Assembly: GCA_029856145.1 (NCBI GenBank)
Contig: JAHQWK010000011.1
Location: 117,506-181,505 of the forward strand
Length of the DNA stretch: 64,000 nucleotides
DNA from: Promethearchaeia archaeon
GTDB lineage: Archaea > Asgardarchaeota > Lokiarchaeia > Sigyniarchaeales > SOKP01
Direction of reading: 5' to 3'
Of the stretch, positions 9,527 through 19,671 are shown piece by piece (the stretch's first letter is position 1; the number at the start of each line of letters is the position of its first letter). The notes under the pieces were generated by a model. The model had not been told where the DNA came from and made no database searches. It saw only the letters and a program-made list of their open reading frames with translations. A program made the position numbers and the translations under genes.

Positions 9527-10552
9527 ATGAGCTTGCTAAGTTACATTTTCAAAAGAATACTAGCGACTATTCCTGTAATATTTGGAGTTTTAACAATAAC
9601 TTTTTTCCTTTCTAGATTGATGCCAGGAGATCCAGTGATGCAATTATTATTACAAGCACAAATAAGACAGGATACTTGGATGTATCGTCAAATTGTAAAT
9701 CAATTAGGACTTAATCTCCCTCTTCATTTACAATATTTAAAATATTTAATCGATATTTTTACAGGAAATTGGGGTGAATCTATTGTTTATGCTGTAGGAT
9801 CAGACGTTTGGGATTTAATCATTTTTAGATTACCTAAAACAATTGACCTTACATTTTTTTCAATAATCATTGCCTCATTTGTAGGAATTAAAATAGGAAC
9901 TATTTCAGCAACTCATAGGAATAAAATCAGAGATACTGTTTTTAGAAGTTTGGGCATTATAGGAGTTGCTTTTCCCGTATTTGTATTAGGAATGATTCTG
10001 CAATATTTTTTATCATTTCAACTGAAATTATTTCCAATGACTAATTATAAAACTATAGCATATAAGGATCCTCCTTTTGTAACAGGTTTCTATATGATTG
10101 ATGCATTATTAGCAGGGGAACTCTATAAAATACCAGATTATTTATATCATTTAGCTCTGCCTGTATTTTGTTTATCGTTTGTTACTCTTGCGGGAATTAT
10201 AAGACAAACTCGTTCTAGCATGTTAGATGTTTTACAACAAGATTATATAAGAACCGCAAGAGCAAAAGGATGTAGAGAAAAAAAAGTTATTAAAAAACAT
10301 GCATTAAAAAATGCAATGATTCCGACTGTTACTGTTATCGGATTAAATTTTGCTAGCTTATTATCTGGAGCAGTTATTTTAGAATCTACTTTTGGTTTAC
10401 CTGGAATAGGTTTATTATTAGTTGAAGCTACACTCTATAGAGATTATTGGTTATTAATCTCATGTATGGTTGTAATAGCATTTATTTACATTTTTACTAT
10501 TATGGTAATAGATATCTTATATGGATTTATTGACCCTCGAATCAAATATTAA
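9527..10552 (+). CDS. ABC peptide/nickel transporter permease, DppB/OppB family (copy 2)
   Basis: Same motifs and same length (341 aa) as copy 1. Confidence 0.92.
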   Translation: MSLLSYIFKRILATIPVIFGVLTITFFLSRLMPGDPVMQLLLQAQIRQDTWMYRQIVNQLGLNLPLHLQYLKYLIDIFTGNWGESIVYAVGSDVWDLIIFRLPKTIDLTFFSIIIASFVGIKIGTISATHRNKIRDTVFRSLGIIGVAFPVFVLGMILQYFLSFQLKLFPMTNYKTIAYKDPPFVTGFYMIDALLAGELYKIPDYLYHLALPVFCLSFVTLAGIIRQTRSSMLDVLQQDYIRTARAKGCREKKVIKKHALKNAMIPTVTVIGLNFASLLSGAVILESTFGLPGIGLLLVEATLYRDYWLLISCMVVIAFIYIFTIMVIDILYGFIDPRIKY

Positions 10553-10808
10553 GTTCTAAATTACTCATCGTATAGTAGCATAAAATCATTATAACTACTT
10601 TTTACACATAATATTTTAAATTTCATCTATAAAGATTCATAAGAAAAGGAAAAAGCTCAAAAAAGGATTCTTGAATTAGAAGAAAAATGATCTAGACTCT
10701 TATATTTTATTTTCTGTATAATATAGAGTTAAGGTTTAAAATAAATAGAATAAATTATATTATAATATTAAAATATCTTACAATCCAAAAAAAAAAGTTG
10801 AAAAAATC

Positions 10809-11477
10809 ATGGCATTTGACATTCCTAGTGTAATAATTTTGATAACTTTGTTCATCATATTTATGATATTTTTAGTTTTTGATTTATTTGGTAGGAATGA
10901 GAAGTACGGCTATTTAGCTTACGCCGTTGCTGTAATACCGGTTAATTACTTTTGGGGTATGGGAGGGGATCCACTCTTTGCTTATATCATTCTATTCATA
11001 TTGTGGATTGTTACAATACTACGAGATACAATAGGGTTATATCGAAAAAAAGAAAAAGAAATTAATGAGATACTAATGTACATAGCTATTAGTATTTTAA
11101 TACAATTGATTATCAGCGCGATTATTCCAGAAGCTAATCCCTCTTTACAAGCACCTTATACAGAGAAATTCTGGTTTTTCTGGTTACCTAATGTACATTC
11201 TGCTATTTTTGATCCAGCAATAGTTGCAACTTTCAGAATTACTGCTACAATATTGATATTCATTGTTATTGTTCCTTTAATCTTAGATATTAAAGACGAG
11301 GAAGTACCTTTACCGATTATTATTATATTTGTTGCGATATTCATTGCTCCTTTTCTTTATTTAAGCTATTTATGGATACCAGATCCAGCGGGTTTCTGGA
11401 CATTAACGTTCCTATTCTTAGTTGTGTTATTTCTAATCCTGCTTCTTCTAACAAGAAGCGGCTTGGAGACAAAGTAA
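10809..11477 (+). CDS. Hypothetical polytopic membrane protein
   Basis: About 7 hydrophobic segments; no recognised motif. Confidence 0.7.
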   Translation: MAFDIPSVIILITLFIIFMIFLVFDLFGRNEKYGYLAYAVAVIPVNYFWGMGGDPLFAYIILFILWIVTILRDTIGLYRKKEKEINEILMYIAISILIQLIISAIIPEANPSLQAPYTEKFWFFWLPNVHSAIFDPAIVATFRITATILIFIVIVPLILDIKDEEVPLPIIIIFVAIFIAPFLYLSYLWIPDPAGFWTLTFLFLVVLFLILLLLTRSGLETK

Positions 11478-11588
11478 AAAAAAAAAAATTCTTCTATTAA
11501 ATTTTTATTCTTATTTTTATATTTATTTCATGATAAAATATCAAATTTATCTGGAATTCAAATAAAAGTTTACACTTAATATTATATA

Positions 11589-12587
11589 ATGGCAAAAAAA
11601 AAAGTACAGTCTGAGGATACAAACGGTAAAGAAATTTCTAAGACAAAATCCTCTTATACTTTAAAAGATCTTCCTGGAGTGGGAGAAGCAACAGTAAAAA
11701 AGTTGAAAGAGGCAGGAATCTTATCCATAAGAACCCTTGCTTTGTATCCATTGAAAAAATTAATGGATGAAGCAGGTATAGGAGAAAAAACTGCTGAAAA
11801 AATAACCAAAGTTGCCCAAGATATCGAAAAAATGGGATTCAAGTCGGCAGATAAAATATGGGAAAAAAGAAAAACCTTACATAAATTAACTACAGGTAGT
11901 CAGAATTTAGATGATTTATTGATAGGAGGAATTGAACCTGGAGCAGTTACAGAACTTTTTGGGGAATATCGAACTGGAAAAACACAATTAGCGCATCAAT
12001 TGTGTGTTAATGTTCAACTTTCTTATGAGGAAGGAGGATTAGAAGGTGGAGCATTGTATATAGATACTGAAGGAACCTTTAGACCAGAAAGATTAATTCA
12101 AATGGCACTTGCAAAAGATTTAGATCATAATTTAATCTTGAAAAAAACAACTGTCGGAAGGGCTTATAATAGCAATCATCAAATTCTATTAGCCAAAGAA
12201 GCTCCGAAAATTATAAGTGAAAAAGAAATAAAGTTAATTATAGTTGATTCTCTTATAGGCCATTTTCGTAGTGAATATATCGGTAGAGGGACTTTAGCAG
12301 AACGTCAACAAATTATAAATACGCATATACATGATTTATTAAGATTAACTGAAACCTATGATGAATTAGCTGTTGTTTTTACAAATCAGGTGTCTGCAAA
12401 GCCAGATGTATTCTATGGTAATCCACTAACACATACTGGTGGGCATATTGTAGCTCATGGTGCGACAATACGCATATTTCTACGAAAGGGTAAAGGTGAA
12501 CAGCGAATCGCTAAAGTTGTAGATGCTCCACATATTCCTGAGAGTGATGCTATATTTTCCATTACTGAAGATGGTATAACAGATTAA
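11589..12587 (+). CDS. radA: DNA repair and recombination protein RadA
   Basis: N-terminal HhH (LPGVG), GFKSA polymerisation motif, Walker A GEYRTGKTQ, YIDTEGTFRPER, FRSEYIGRGTLAERQQ. Confidence 0.95.
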   Translation: MAKKKVQSEDTNGKEISKTKSSYTLKDLPGVGEATVKKLKEAGILSIRTLALYPLKKLMDEAGIGEKTAEKITKVAQDIEKMGFKSADKIWEKRKTLHKLTTGSQNLDDLLIGGIEPGAVTELFGEYRTGKTQLAHQLCVNVQLSYEEGGLEGGALYIDTEGTFRPERLIQMALAKDLDHNLILKKTTVGRAYNSNHQILLAKEAPKIISEKEIKLIIVDSLIGHFRSEYIGRGTLAERQQIINTHIHDLLRLTETYDELAVVFTNQVSAKPDVFYGNPLTHTGGHIVAHGATIRIFLRKGKGEQRIAKVVDAPHIPESDAIFSITEDGITD

Positions 12588-12600
12588 TTTCGAGAGAGAA

Positions 12601-13038
12601 TTAATAATCAAAATTAGTATTTATTTCAATTCCTTCTCTTAATGATTCTGAAATGATGCAGAATTGCTCGAAAATTTTCTGACATTGATCTGCTATTTTA
12701 CGCATTCGTGGATTATCAATCTTGGGATCTAATTTTATATCTATTTTCTTAAGTCTCCAAAATCCTTTTTCATTTCTCTTACTAGTAATAACTGCTTTTC
12801 CTTCGATATCAGATACTGAAAAGTTTTTCTTACGTAAGCAAAATGCAAAACTAGCAGCTAAACACCCTAGAACCGATAATGCCAACAGTTTTGTAGGATT
12901 TGGTCCAATTTTGTCTATTGATTTCTTATTTTGTTCATCAATAAATAAATTATTCATTTTAATTTGTCCAAGATCGCATTTAAAGATCATTTCTTCTTCT
13001 AGTTTTATACCAACTTCAGATTTATATTCATCTGGCAA
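12601..13038 (-). CDS. OsmC-like protein
   Basis: GPNPTKLLALSVLGCL and FEQFCIISESL two-Cys pattern; TTG start with AAGGTGA SD. Confidence 0.85.
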   Translation of the reverse strand: MPDEYKSEVGIKLEEEMIFKCDLGQIKMNNLFIDEQNKKSIDKIGPNPTKLLALSVLGCLAASFAFCLRKKNFSVSDIEGKAVITSKRNEKGFWRLKKIDIKLDPKIDNPRMRKIADQCQKIFEQFCIISESLREGIEINTNFDY

Positions 13039-13078
13039 GTAAAATTCACCTTAATTAAAAATAAATAAAAATACTGAA

Positions 13079-13555
13079 TTAAATTTCAATATTCACGTTT
13101 ACTTCGACACCAGCACGGACAGATTGTGTCACAATACAATATTGCTCAAAGAAGCTTACCCCATCTTTGGTGGCTTTTAAACATTGTTTTGCTCTTTTAA
13201 GAGTTTCGGGATCTTCTATTTTTGGTTCAATATTGACATCAATTTTTTTAATTCTCAAGAACCCCTTTTCATTCCTTGCAATAGTAACCTCCGCATCGCT
13301 TCTAAAATCATCTACTTTCATATTTCTTTTCTTTAAACAGAATATGAAACTCGCACTTAAACATCCTAAAACCCCCAATGCTAGCATTCTTGATGGATTC
13401 GGTCCTAACATATCGACTTCTTCATGATGTTCCTCATCGATATAACAATCTTTAACCTTCATGTTACCTAAGTTACATTTAAAGATCATTTGCGATTCGA
13501 ACTCATCTAATTTTATACCAACTTTAGTTTTTATCTCATTTGAAATGATGATCAC
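13079..13555 (-). CDS. OsmC-like protein
   Basis: GPNPSRMLALGVLGCL and FEQYCIVTQSV; paralog of 12601-13038; start position uncertain. Confidence 0.85.
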   Translation of the reverse strand: MIIISNEIKTKVGIKLDEFESQMIFKCNLGNMKVKDCYIDEEHHEEVDMLGPNPSRMLALGVLGCLSASFIFCLKKRNMKVDDFRSDAEVTIARNEKGFLRIKKIDVNIEPKIEDPETLKRAKQCLKATKDGVSFFEQYCIVTQSVRAGVEVNVNIEI

Positions 13556-13580
13556 CCTTTAATATTTTGTAGAGAGAATT

Positions 13581-14114
13581 TTATTTGTTAGAAGCTATAT
13601 CTCTAAAAAGCGAAAACAATTTATCTTTTTTTGATTTATCATCTCTAACATTCTCAAGCAATTGATTAATTTCAGTTAACTTAACCTTATAATATTTCAA
13701 ATCTTCTTTAATTTCTGATTGAACAATTGATAATTGAATAGAATCATCTATTATGCAAGCTCTTCTAACGAATTTGAGGCATTGATTAATTCTTTCAGAT
13801 ATTAAATCATCGTCAAAATATTTATCAACAATAATATTAATTTGTTTAATTAACCAATCTCCACTTTCATTTTTTATAGTTTTTAATTGAACATGGGGGA
13901 AATCTAATTCTTCTCTATTATTTCTCAAGCAATTTACTAAGGAAGCGTTTAAACAATTAATCAATGTCTTATCGGGTATTTTTGGAGTAGCCGTTGATAA
14001 TGTGTCAATATCTGCTTCACCTACTTCTTCAAGAATACAGTTAAACAAATTAGTATCATTTAAATCACATTCAAAAACATTTAACTCATCTTCATCCATA
14101 GAGATCAGACTCAA
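13581..14114 (-). CDS. Divergent OsmC-like protein
   Basis: FECDL, CLNASLVNCL, KNESGDWLIKQINI and QC..ACII align with the two neighbours; extra C-terminal helix. Confidence 0.6.
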   Translation of the reverse strand: MSLISMDEDELNVFECDLNDTNLFNCILEEVGEADIDTLSTATPKIPDKTLINCLNASLVNCLRNNREELDFPHVQLKTIKNESGDWLIKQINIIVDKYFDDDLISERINQCLKFVRRACIIDDSIQLSIVQSEIKEDLKYYKVKLTEINQLLENVRDDKSKKDKLFSLFRDIASNK

Positions 14115-14180
14115 TAATAATATTTTTTTTTATTTTAGAGTAACTAATACAATGTCTTACAAAAATCTTCTATCTATGAA

Positions 14181-14789
14181 TTAAAAGTTTAATGCTTTGT
14201 GGTTCTTTTCAATTTTTTTAAGAGTAAAGTGACGTTGCAAATGAAAGTATAGCCCAAGAAAATACAGTAAAATCATAAATATATATTTTAAGGCAAATAT
14301 TACAATAAAAAGCACCATTAAAATAAAAATAATAACTTCTACTATTAAGCATATCTTATTACTATAATACTTCTCATCAAAAAAGGATGCTGGTACTCTG
14401 TATTTAGCTAAATATGTAGGTAAATTTTCAAATTCTTCTTTCGAAATTAATAATCTAAAACCGACTTGTTTTTTCTGAAAGTAAAAAAAATTTGTACCCC
14501 AATCAAGAGTATCAATAAATATATGAATAGAATAACTAAAACCACCGAGAATTAATGCTGGTAAGTCCAATATATATCCAATTATAATTATAACTATACT
14601 TGGAATTATTGAATGAGTAATTAATAACCTATGATTATGATCTTTAGTAAATTTATTAAAAACAACATCAAAATCGCAAATAAATGAAAAAAATACAATA
14701 AGTATAAATTCCAACACTGTAAAATTAAAACAATAGTTTAGAATAGAGGCAAAAATAACTCCGACAGCAAAATGAATATTTATATGCAT
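14181..14789 (-). CDS. Membrane-bound metal-dependent hydrolase (YdjM/YbcI-like)
   Basis: N-terminal His, DFD, HNHRLLITHS and HIFID metal-ligand pattern with TM helices. Confidence 0.65.
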   Translation of the reverse strand: MHINIHFAVGVIFASILNYCFNFTVLEFILIVFFSFICDFDVVFNKFTKDHNHRLLITHSIIPSIVIIIIGYILDLPALILGGFSYSIHIFIDTLDWGTNFFYFQKKQVGFRLLISKEEFENLPTYLAKYRVPASFFDEKYYSNKICLIVEVIIFILMVLFIVIFALKYIFMILLYFLGLYFHLQRHFTLKKIEKNHKALNF

Positions 14790-14814
14790 AAAACTAATTA
14801 ATTTTAATTTAAGA

Positions 14815-15798
14815 CTAATTGATATATATTTTTTTTTTTAATCTTTTTAAAACTGCTTTTTTATTTTCTAGACCAGCAGGACCTTTATTTTCAACTAAAA
14901 ATGAAGCTGCTGCTGATGCTAAATAAGCAGCCTTTTCGATTGATTCCCATGATTTATCGGAATGAATATATTCATATAAGAATATTGAGAAATAAACATC
15001 TCCTGCACCAGTTTCATCTACGACTCTTCTAGGTTCAAAAGCAGGAATATTAAGGATTTTTTCTCCTTTTTTAGTGAGCATGGACCCTTTTTCTCCCAAA
15101 GTCATAATGTAAATTCCATTATTATCATAGTTATTGCAGTGAATCATAACTTTTTCAAAATCATCACATTCCCCGGCAATTAGATTCATCTCCTCCTCTG
15201 AGCCTTTCAAAATCAATCTATCTCCAATTAAATCAATAATTTTCTTCATGTTAGAGATGATTTCATTCTCATAAATATATGTTACTTTACCATCCTCATC
15301 TATTTTTCTAATAAAACCTTGCAAATCTATGCCAATATAAGCATCAGAAAAATTTTTTAAAATTTGAGCTACATATTCATATGAAATTTCATTACACAAT
15401 GGAACGAGTACAAATATATCTGGAGGATTATTAAGATATTCTAATGGAATATCTTTAAAATCAAGATTAGGGCTCTTAGATTTTAGGGTCAAAGTCCTTG
15501 AATGATCAAAGTAATCCAATACAAATTTTGTATTTTTTACTTGAGAATATTTAATTCCTCTTAAATCAATTTTCTTATTCTTAATTTTATCTAACAAAGA
15601 GTTATTAAAATTTAATTTACCTATATGTGAGATTATGCCTATTTTAGCATCTTGGGTATAATTACTTAATGCTAAGGTGCAGTAGGATACACTTCCACCG
15701 AGGCTAGGTTTGTTAAGGCGTTTAAATCTTATTATGTTATCAATCGCAAAGTGACCCGTAAATATTATAGAGGGATGATTTTTATTTTGAGTATTCAT
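14815..15798 (-). CDS. PfkB-family carbohydrate kinase
   Basis: LGGSVSY, TLGEKGS, DETGAGD signature. Confidence 0.9.
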   Translation of the reverse strand: MNTQNKNHPSIIFTGHFAIDNIIRFKRLNKPSLGGSVSYCTLALSNYTQDAKIGIISHIGKLNFNNSLLDKIKNKKIDLRGIKYSQVKNTKFVLDYFDHSRTLTLKSKSPNLDFKDIPLEYLNNPPDIFVLVPLCNEISYEYVAQILKNFSDAYIGIDLQGFIRKIDEDGKVTYIYENEIISNMKKIIDLIGDRLILKGSEEEMNLIAGECDDFEKVMIHCNNYDNNGIYIMTLGEKGSMLTKKGEKILNIPAFEPRRVVDETGAGDVYFSIFLYEYIHSDKSWESIEKAAYLASAAASFLVENKGPAGLENKKAVLKRLKKKIYIN

Positions 15799-15849
15799 AA
15801 TTTCTATTTACTTTTCTAATGAAAAATCCTTTATAAAAAATGATAAATT

Positions 15850-16962
15850 TCAGAGCTTTTCAGAGCTTAGACGCTGTAGTTCTTTATTCTTTTCTTCTAT
15901 TGTTGTTTTTAGTTTATTAATTTTGTTCTGTAAGTCTTCCACCAAACCTGACATTGGTCCTTTAGGTATTATAGGCTGAACTTGTTGAGTAGCTTTCAGT
16001 TCAGCAATCAAAAGATCTTTTTCTTTTATTTGTTCTTGAAGATTATTTATTTTCTCTTCAGACTCATTGATTTGAGGAGTCTCTTTTTGTTTCATTCTCA
16101 AAGACTCCTGTAATTGTGATAGATCATTTTTTAACGACTCATTTTCTTTTTTAAGATCTTTAATTTCCTCAGGTTCTAATTGATATCCTCCACTTTCAAG
16201 TGTTTGTTTAAGGTCATCTTTTTCTTTAGTTAGATTTTCTATATTTCTTTTGTACCTATTTAGATCTTGTTGAAGGTCTTGGCATAACCTTTCGAGTGTT
16301 TCAGTTGATGGTTGTGTTGATTGAGGCCTTATTACTGACGGTTTTGGCTGCTCCAACGGAACTACATAATCAATTGGTAAAGTTTTCTCCTTTTTTAGCA
16401 ATTGTTGGTTTAATACTTCATTTTCTTCAGTTAGCTCATTAATTTTGGTTTCTAATTCATCGATTTGAATCTTCTTTTTAGTTAAATCGGATTTCAAATC
16501 ATTGATCAAAGCGGTGGTTACTCCAGAATCCGTAGTGGTTGAACTAACTATTGATTTTGAAGTTGCTTCTAATTTAGTCTCTAATTCAATTTTCTCATTA
16601 CTTCTTGCTCTTAATTCCACTTCCTTTTCTGCTAACTGTTTTTCTAAGTTTATTATTGTATTATTAAGAACAACAATCTTTTGTTGGAGATCACTTACGT
16701 TTATTCCAATACTTAATCCCCCTTGTTTTAATTGTTCTTTTAACCGTTCGTTCTCTTCAATAGTGCTCTTAATAATATGCTCGGTTTTACTTATCAATCC
16801 TATATTATCTTTAATTTTATTTCTTAATAGTTCGTTTTCTTTTTCTACTTCTTTTATTCTATCTAAAGTCTCTCCGATGGCACTAGGTTTATCGATTTCA
16901 TTTTCCATCTTTTTTCTCCATAGACTAATGAAATCCTCAACTTTTTCATTTTCTTCTGGCAT
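15850..16962 (-). CDS. Hypothetical coiled-coil protein
   Basis: E/K/L/Q-rich heptad segments separated by P/S/T-rich linkers. Confidence 0.75.
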   Translation of the reverse strand: MPEENEKVEDFISLWRKKMENEIDKPSAIGETLDRIKEVEKENELLRNKIKDNIGLISKTEHIIKSTIEENERLKEQLKQGGLSIGINVSDLQQKIVVLNNTIINLEKQLAEKEVELRARSNEKIELETKLEATSKSIVSSTTTDSGVTTALINDLKSDLTKKKIQIDELETKINELTEENEVLNQQLLKKEKTLPIDYVVPLEQPKPSVIRPQSTQPSTETLERLCQDLQQDLNRYKRNIENLTKEKDDLKQTLESGGYQLEPEEIKDLKKENESLKNDLSQLQESLRMKQKETPQINESEEKINNLQEQIKEKDLLIAELKATQQVQPIIPKGPMSGLVEDLQNKINKLKTTIEEKNKELQRLSSEKL

Positions 16963-17000
16963 TTTATTTCAAAACTTTTTTCTACTTAATTTTTATATTT

Positions 17001-17885
17001 TTATTTTATTAATACTCCTGAAAAATATCCTACACAGTATCCACTGAAACTTCCAACTTTTTCAGAACTTGTATAATATTTTAATAATTTCCCTTTATTT
17101 GCATTTAAATTTTTACATATCATCATTAAAGAAGTTATTGTTTGAGCCCCACATACGGTTGTTTTTGAAGCTGCCTCAAGTGTTTTTTCTGGATTAAATG
17201 CGACAAAAGAATCAATTACTTGCTGATCTCTTTCCTTGAATTTTTCTAATTGTTTTGAATCATATACCTCTTTATGAGTCATATCAGAAGAGGCAACTAT
17301 TACCACATCCTTATTGTAGGATTCAATTGATTTTGCAATATCGTTTGATAATTTGCTCAATATATTAAAATCTTTAACAGATACTTTTATTGGTATAAAT
17401 TTAACATCTTTTTCTTGAGCACAATATTTTATAAATGGTAACTGTACTTCGATATTGTGTTCTCTTCCAAAAGGATGACCAATGAATGCTGACTCATCAT
17501 TTATAACTATATTACTATTATCTAATATCTTCTCAGATAATTCTTCATCAATATGTATATTTCCTAGAGGTGTTTCCCACGCTCCCTCATCCATTAAAGC
17601 AACTTTACCATAACCAATATGATCAGTGCCTAAAACTATAACAGTATCAGGTATTCTTTCTTTAAATAAATTTAAAAAAGTAAAAGCAGCACAACAACCA
17701 GAATAAACGTATCCCGCATGAGGAGATACTCCACCAATAATTGATCTTTGTTTTTGGTTTAATGTTTTGGGTTCTTCACCAGGTCCAAACTCATTATCAG
17801 TGAATGATTCTTTTAGAATGTTAAGTAAATCAGGTTTGAATCGGGGATAAAAGTGACCCGCCACCATAGCATGTCGAGTAACCAT
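17001..17885 (-). CDS. MEMO1-family protein (AmmeMemoRadiSam protein B)
   Basis: AGHFYP, PHAGYVYSG, EHNIEVQLPF, ASSDMTH, TVCG. Confidence 0.92.
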   Translation of the reverse strand: MVTRHAMVAGHFYPRFKPDLLNILKESFTDNEFGPGEEPKTLNQKQRSIIGGVSPHAGYVYSGCCAAFTFLNLFKERIPDTVIVLGTDHIGYGKVALMDEGAWETPLGNIHIDEELSEKILDNSNIVINDESAFIGHPFGREHNIEVQLPFIKYCAQEKDVKFIPIKVSVKDFNILSKLSNDIAKSIESYNKDVVIVASSDMTHKEVYDSKQLEKFKERDQQVIDSFVAFNPEKTLEAASKTTVCGAQTITSLMMICKNLNANKGKLLKYYTSSEKVGSFSGYCVGYFSGVLIK

Positions 17886-18005
17886 TTTTCTAACACTTAT
17901 ATTTTTTAGTTATATTACTAAATTTATTAATGTTGAAATTTATATAATTTCATCTAGTTAATGTAAAATTGAAAGATTTATTAAGTCATTTTTAATACCT
18001 CTTTA

Positions 18006-18602
18006 GTGATGAACCAAGTAAAGGATGAACAAATCTCTCTTGATGACATTGAAGTACCAGATAAAATTCCTACTAAATTTGTAAATTCAAGAGTGATTGT
18101 TTTCAACCCTTTGTATGCCTCTTATTTATACGTGAAGAAAGGGTTTTTTGGCTCTCCATTAGGGATCAATAAACCTAGATTAGAATATTTTTCCAAACCA
18201 AGCGAGTTATCGTTAATTGAATCATATTATCTATTAGAAAGAGATGAAATTACAATTTTCGATGTAAAAGAGAATAATTTTTTAGAGCCAAAGAAATTCA
18301 ATGAGATAGCTAAGAGGATTCATCATAAATTTGAGGAAAAATATATAATTTACAAAGATTTAAGACAAAAAGGATATATCCCGAGACCTGGGTTAAAGTT
18401 CGGAGCAGATTTCGTAATTTATAAAAAAGGACCAGGACTCGAACATTCTCTTTTTATGGTTCATGTTTTACCACATGATTCTGAAATTACTGCAATTGAT
18501 ATGGTTAGGGCGGGGAGGCTTGCAACCTCTGTAAGGAAAAAGTTTGTTATCGCAAATCCACTCACAAAATCATATTATTTCTTTGAATGGTTCAAGCCTT
18601 AA
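18006..18602 (+). CDS. endA: tRNA-intron endonuclease (single-unit archaeal type)
   Basis: LSLIESYYL, YKDLRQKGY..GLKFGADFVIY, EHS, VRKK (Tyr/His/Lys triad). Confidence 0.92.
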   Translation: MMNQVKDEQISLDDIEVPDKIPTKFVNSRVIVFNPLYASYLYVKKGFFGSPLGINKPRLEYFSKPSELSLIESYYLLERDEITIFDVKENNFLEPKKFNEIAKRIHHKFEEKYIIYKDLRQKGYIPRPGLKFGADFVIYKKGPGLEHSLFMVHVLPHDSEITAIDMVRAGRLATSVRKKFVIANPLTKSYYFFEWFKP

Positions 18603-18694
18603 AAAGCAACTTCATATTATTTATATCCATTCTTGGATTAGCATCATTATTTCTAAAAATTCTTTGATTTTATACATCTCTCGATATAGAAAAT

Positions 18695-19348
18695 TTAGTG
18701 AGGTCTCCACTTTGAAGATATTATTATTATTATAAAAAACAACAATAGAAAAGGGGATAAAATAAAAAATGTTAATGAATAATAATAATAGAAGGTCCAT
18801 GTAATGAGTATTATTGAAGCAATTAACAATGCTACTAAATAATATAGTGAATTATTTCTTTTCATTTCATATATACTACCAAATATTATTATAAAAGATC
18901 CAAAAAACATACCTATCATTCCAACACCGGGAAGATAAGACCCCCAAAGGCTCGGTGGCTTCCAAAAAAAGTATATAGTATAATTTGTTATATAAACATA
19001 TTCTATTATAATACTCAAATTTAATGTTGAAATAATCATTAATACGCTGACAGTAAACGATTCTCCAGCAAGTTTTCCAGTATTAAGATTTCCCTTATCA
19101 ATACTTCTAAAAATATAAAAAGTAATAATTATACAAGCTAAAATTAAAATAGCTAAAATAAGATTTAAACCAAAAGGACTTAAAAAAAATCTCAAACTAA
19201 AATCCTTTATTACAAAGCCCCAATAGAAGAATACTTGCCCAAATTCATTAACAACATATGATGTAAAAATCAAAGGAAATAAGAATCCAATGAAAGTTAG
19301 TATAATTCCAACCTTAAGACTAAAAATATATATTTCGTTTTCTTCCAT
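18695..19348 (-). CDS. Hypothetical membrane protein, last gene of the rSAM cluster
   Basis: About 6 TM segments; starts 17 nt after the upstream peptide gene on the same strand. Confidence 0.7.
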   Translation of the reverse strand: MEENEIYIFSLKVGIILTFIGFLFPLIFTSYVVNEFGQVFFYWGFVIKDFSLRFFLSPFGLNLILAILILACIIITFYIFRSIDKGNLNTGKLAGESFTVSVLMIISTLNLSIIIEYVYITNYTIYFFWKPPSLWGSYLPGVGMIGMFFGSFIIIFGSIYEMKRNNSLYYLVALLIASIILITWTFYYYYSLTFFILSPFLLLFFIIIIISSKWRPH

Positions 19349-19365
19349 TTTTTATTTCCTATAAA

Positions 19366-19623
19366 TTAGGATTTTCTTTTTTTGATTTTAAAATCTTTCA
19401 TTCTTACAGTTGAATATCCCGTTCCAGCAGGATAGGTATTTCTACTGATTTCTGCTGTTAATATAAGTATAGATATTGCCCAAAAAGAGATCATTATTAT
19501 AATTATTAGCTTAAAAATTAGCGTATACCTACTATTATTAAAAAATAGTACCTTATTCATTTCTTTATTTGTTAATCCTAATTCTTTACCAATCTTATAA
19601 AACTCGATGATATCCTTAATCAT
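19366..19623 (-). CDS. Small single-TM peptide, candidate precursor P2
   Basis: 85 aa; paralog of 22245-22490 sharing FYxIGKELGL and YPxGTxYSxV..DFK. Confidence 0.8.
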   Translation of the reverse strand: MIKDIIEFYKIGKELGLTNKEMNKVLFFNNSRYTLIFKLIIIIMISFWAISILILTAEISRNTYPAGTGYSTVRMKDFKIKKRKS

Positions 19624-19671
19624 TCTTTATTCCCATTTTTTATAAATTATCCATTTTTTAAATTACAGATT

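Larger units (their letters stand above)
8035..10552 (+). repeat. Tandem duplication (~1.3-kb unit) of a permease gene with its upstream region
   Basis: ~8035-9249 aligns with ~9340-10552, with long identical nucleotide runs in the leader and 3' coding half. Confidence 0.9.

Noticed and set aside
16502-17047. 181-aa plus-strand ORF
   Set aside because: Antisense shadow of the coiled-coil gene; S/F/L-rich composition typical of reverse-frame artefacts
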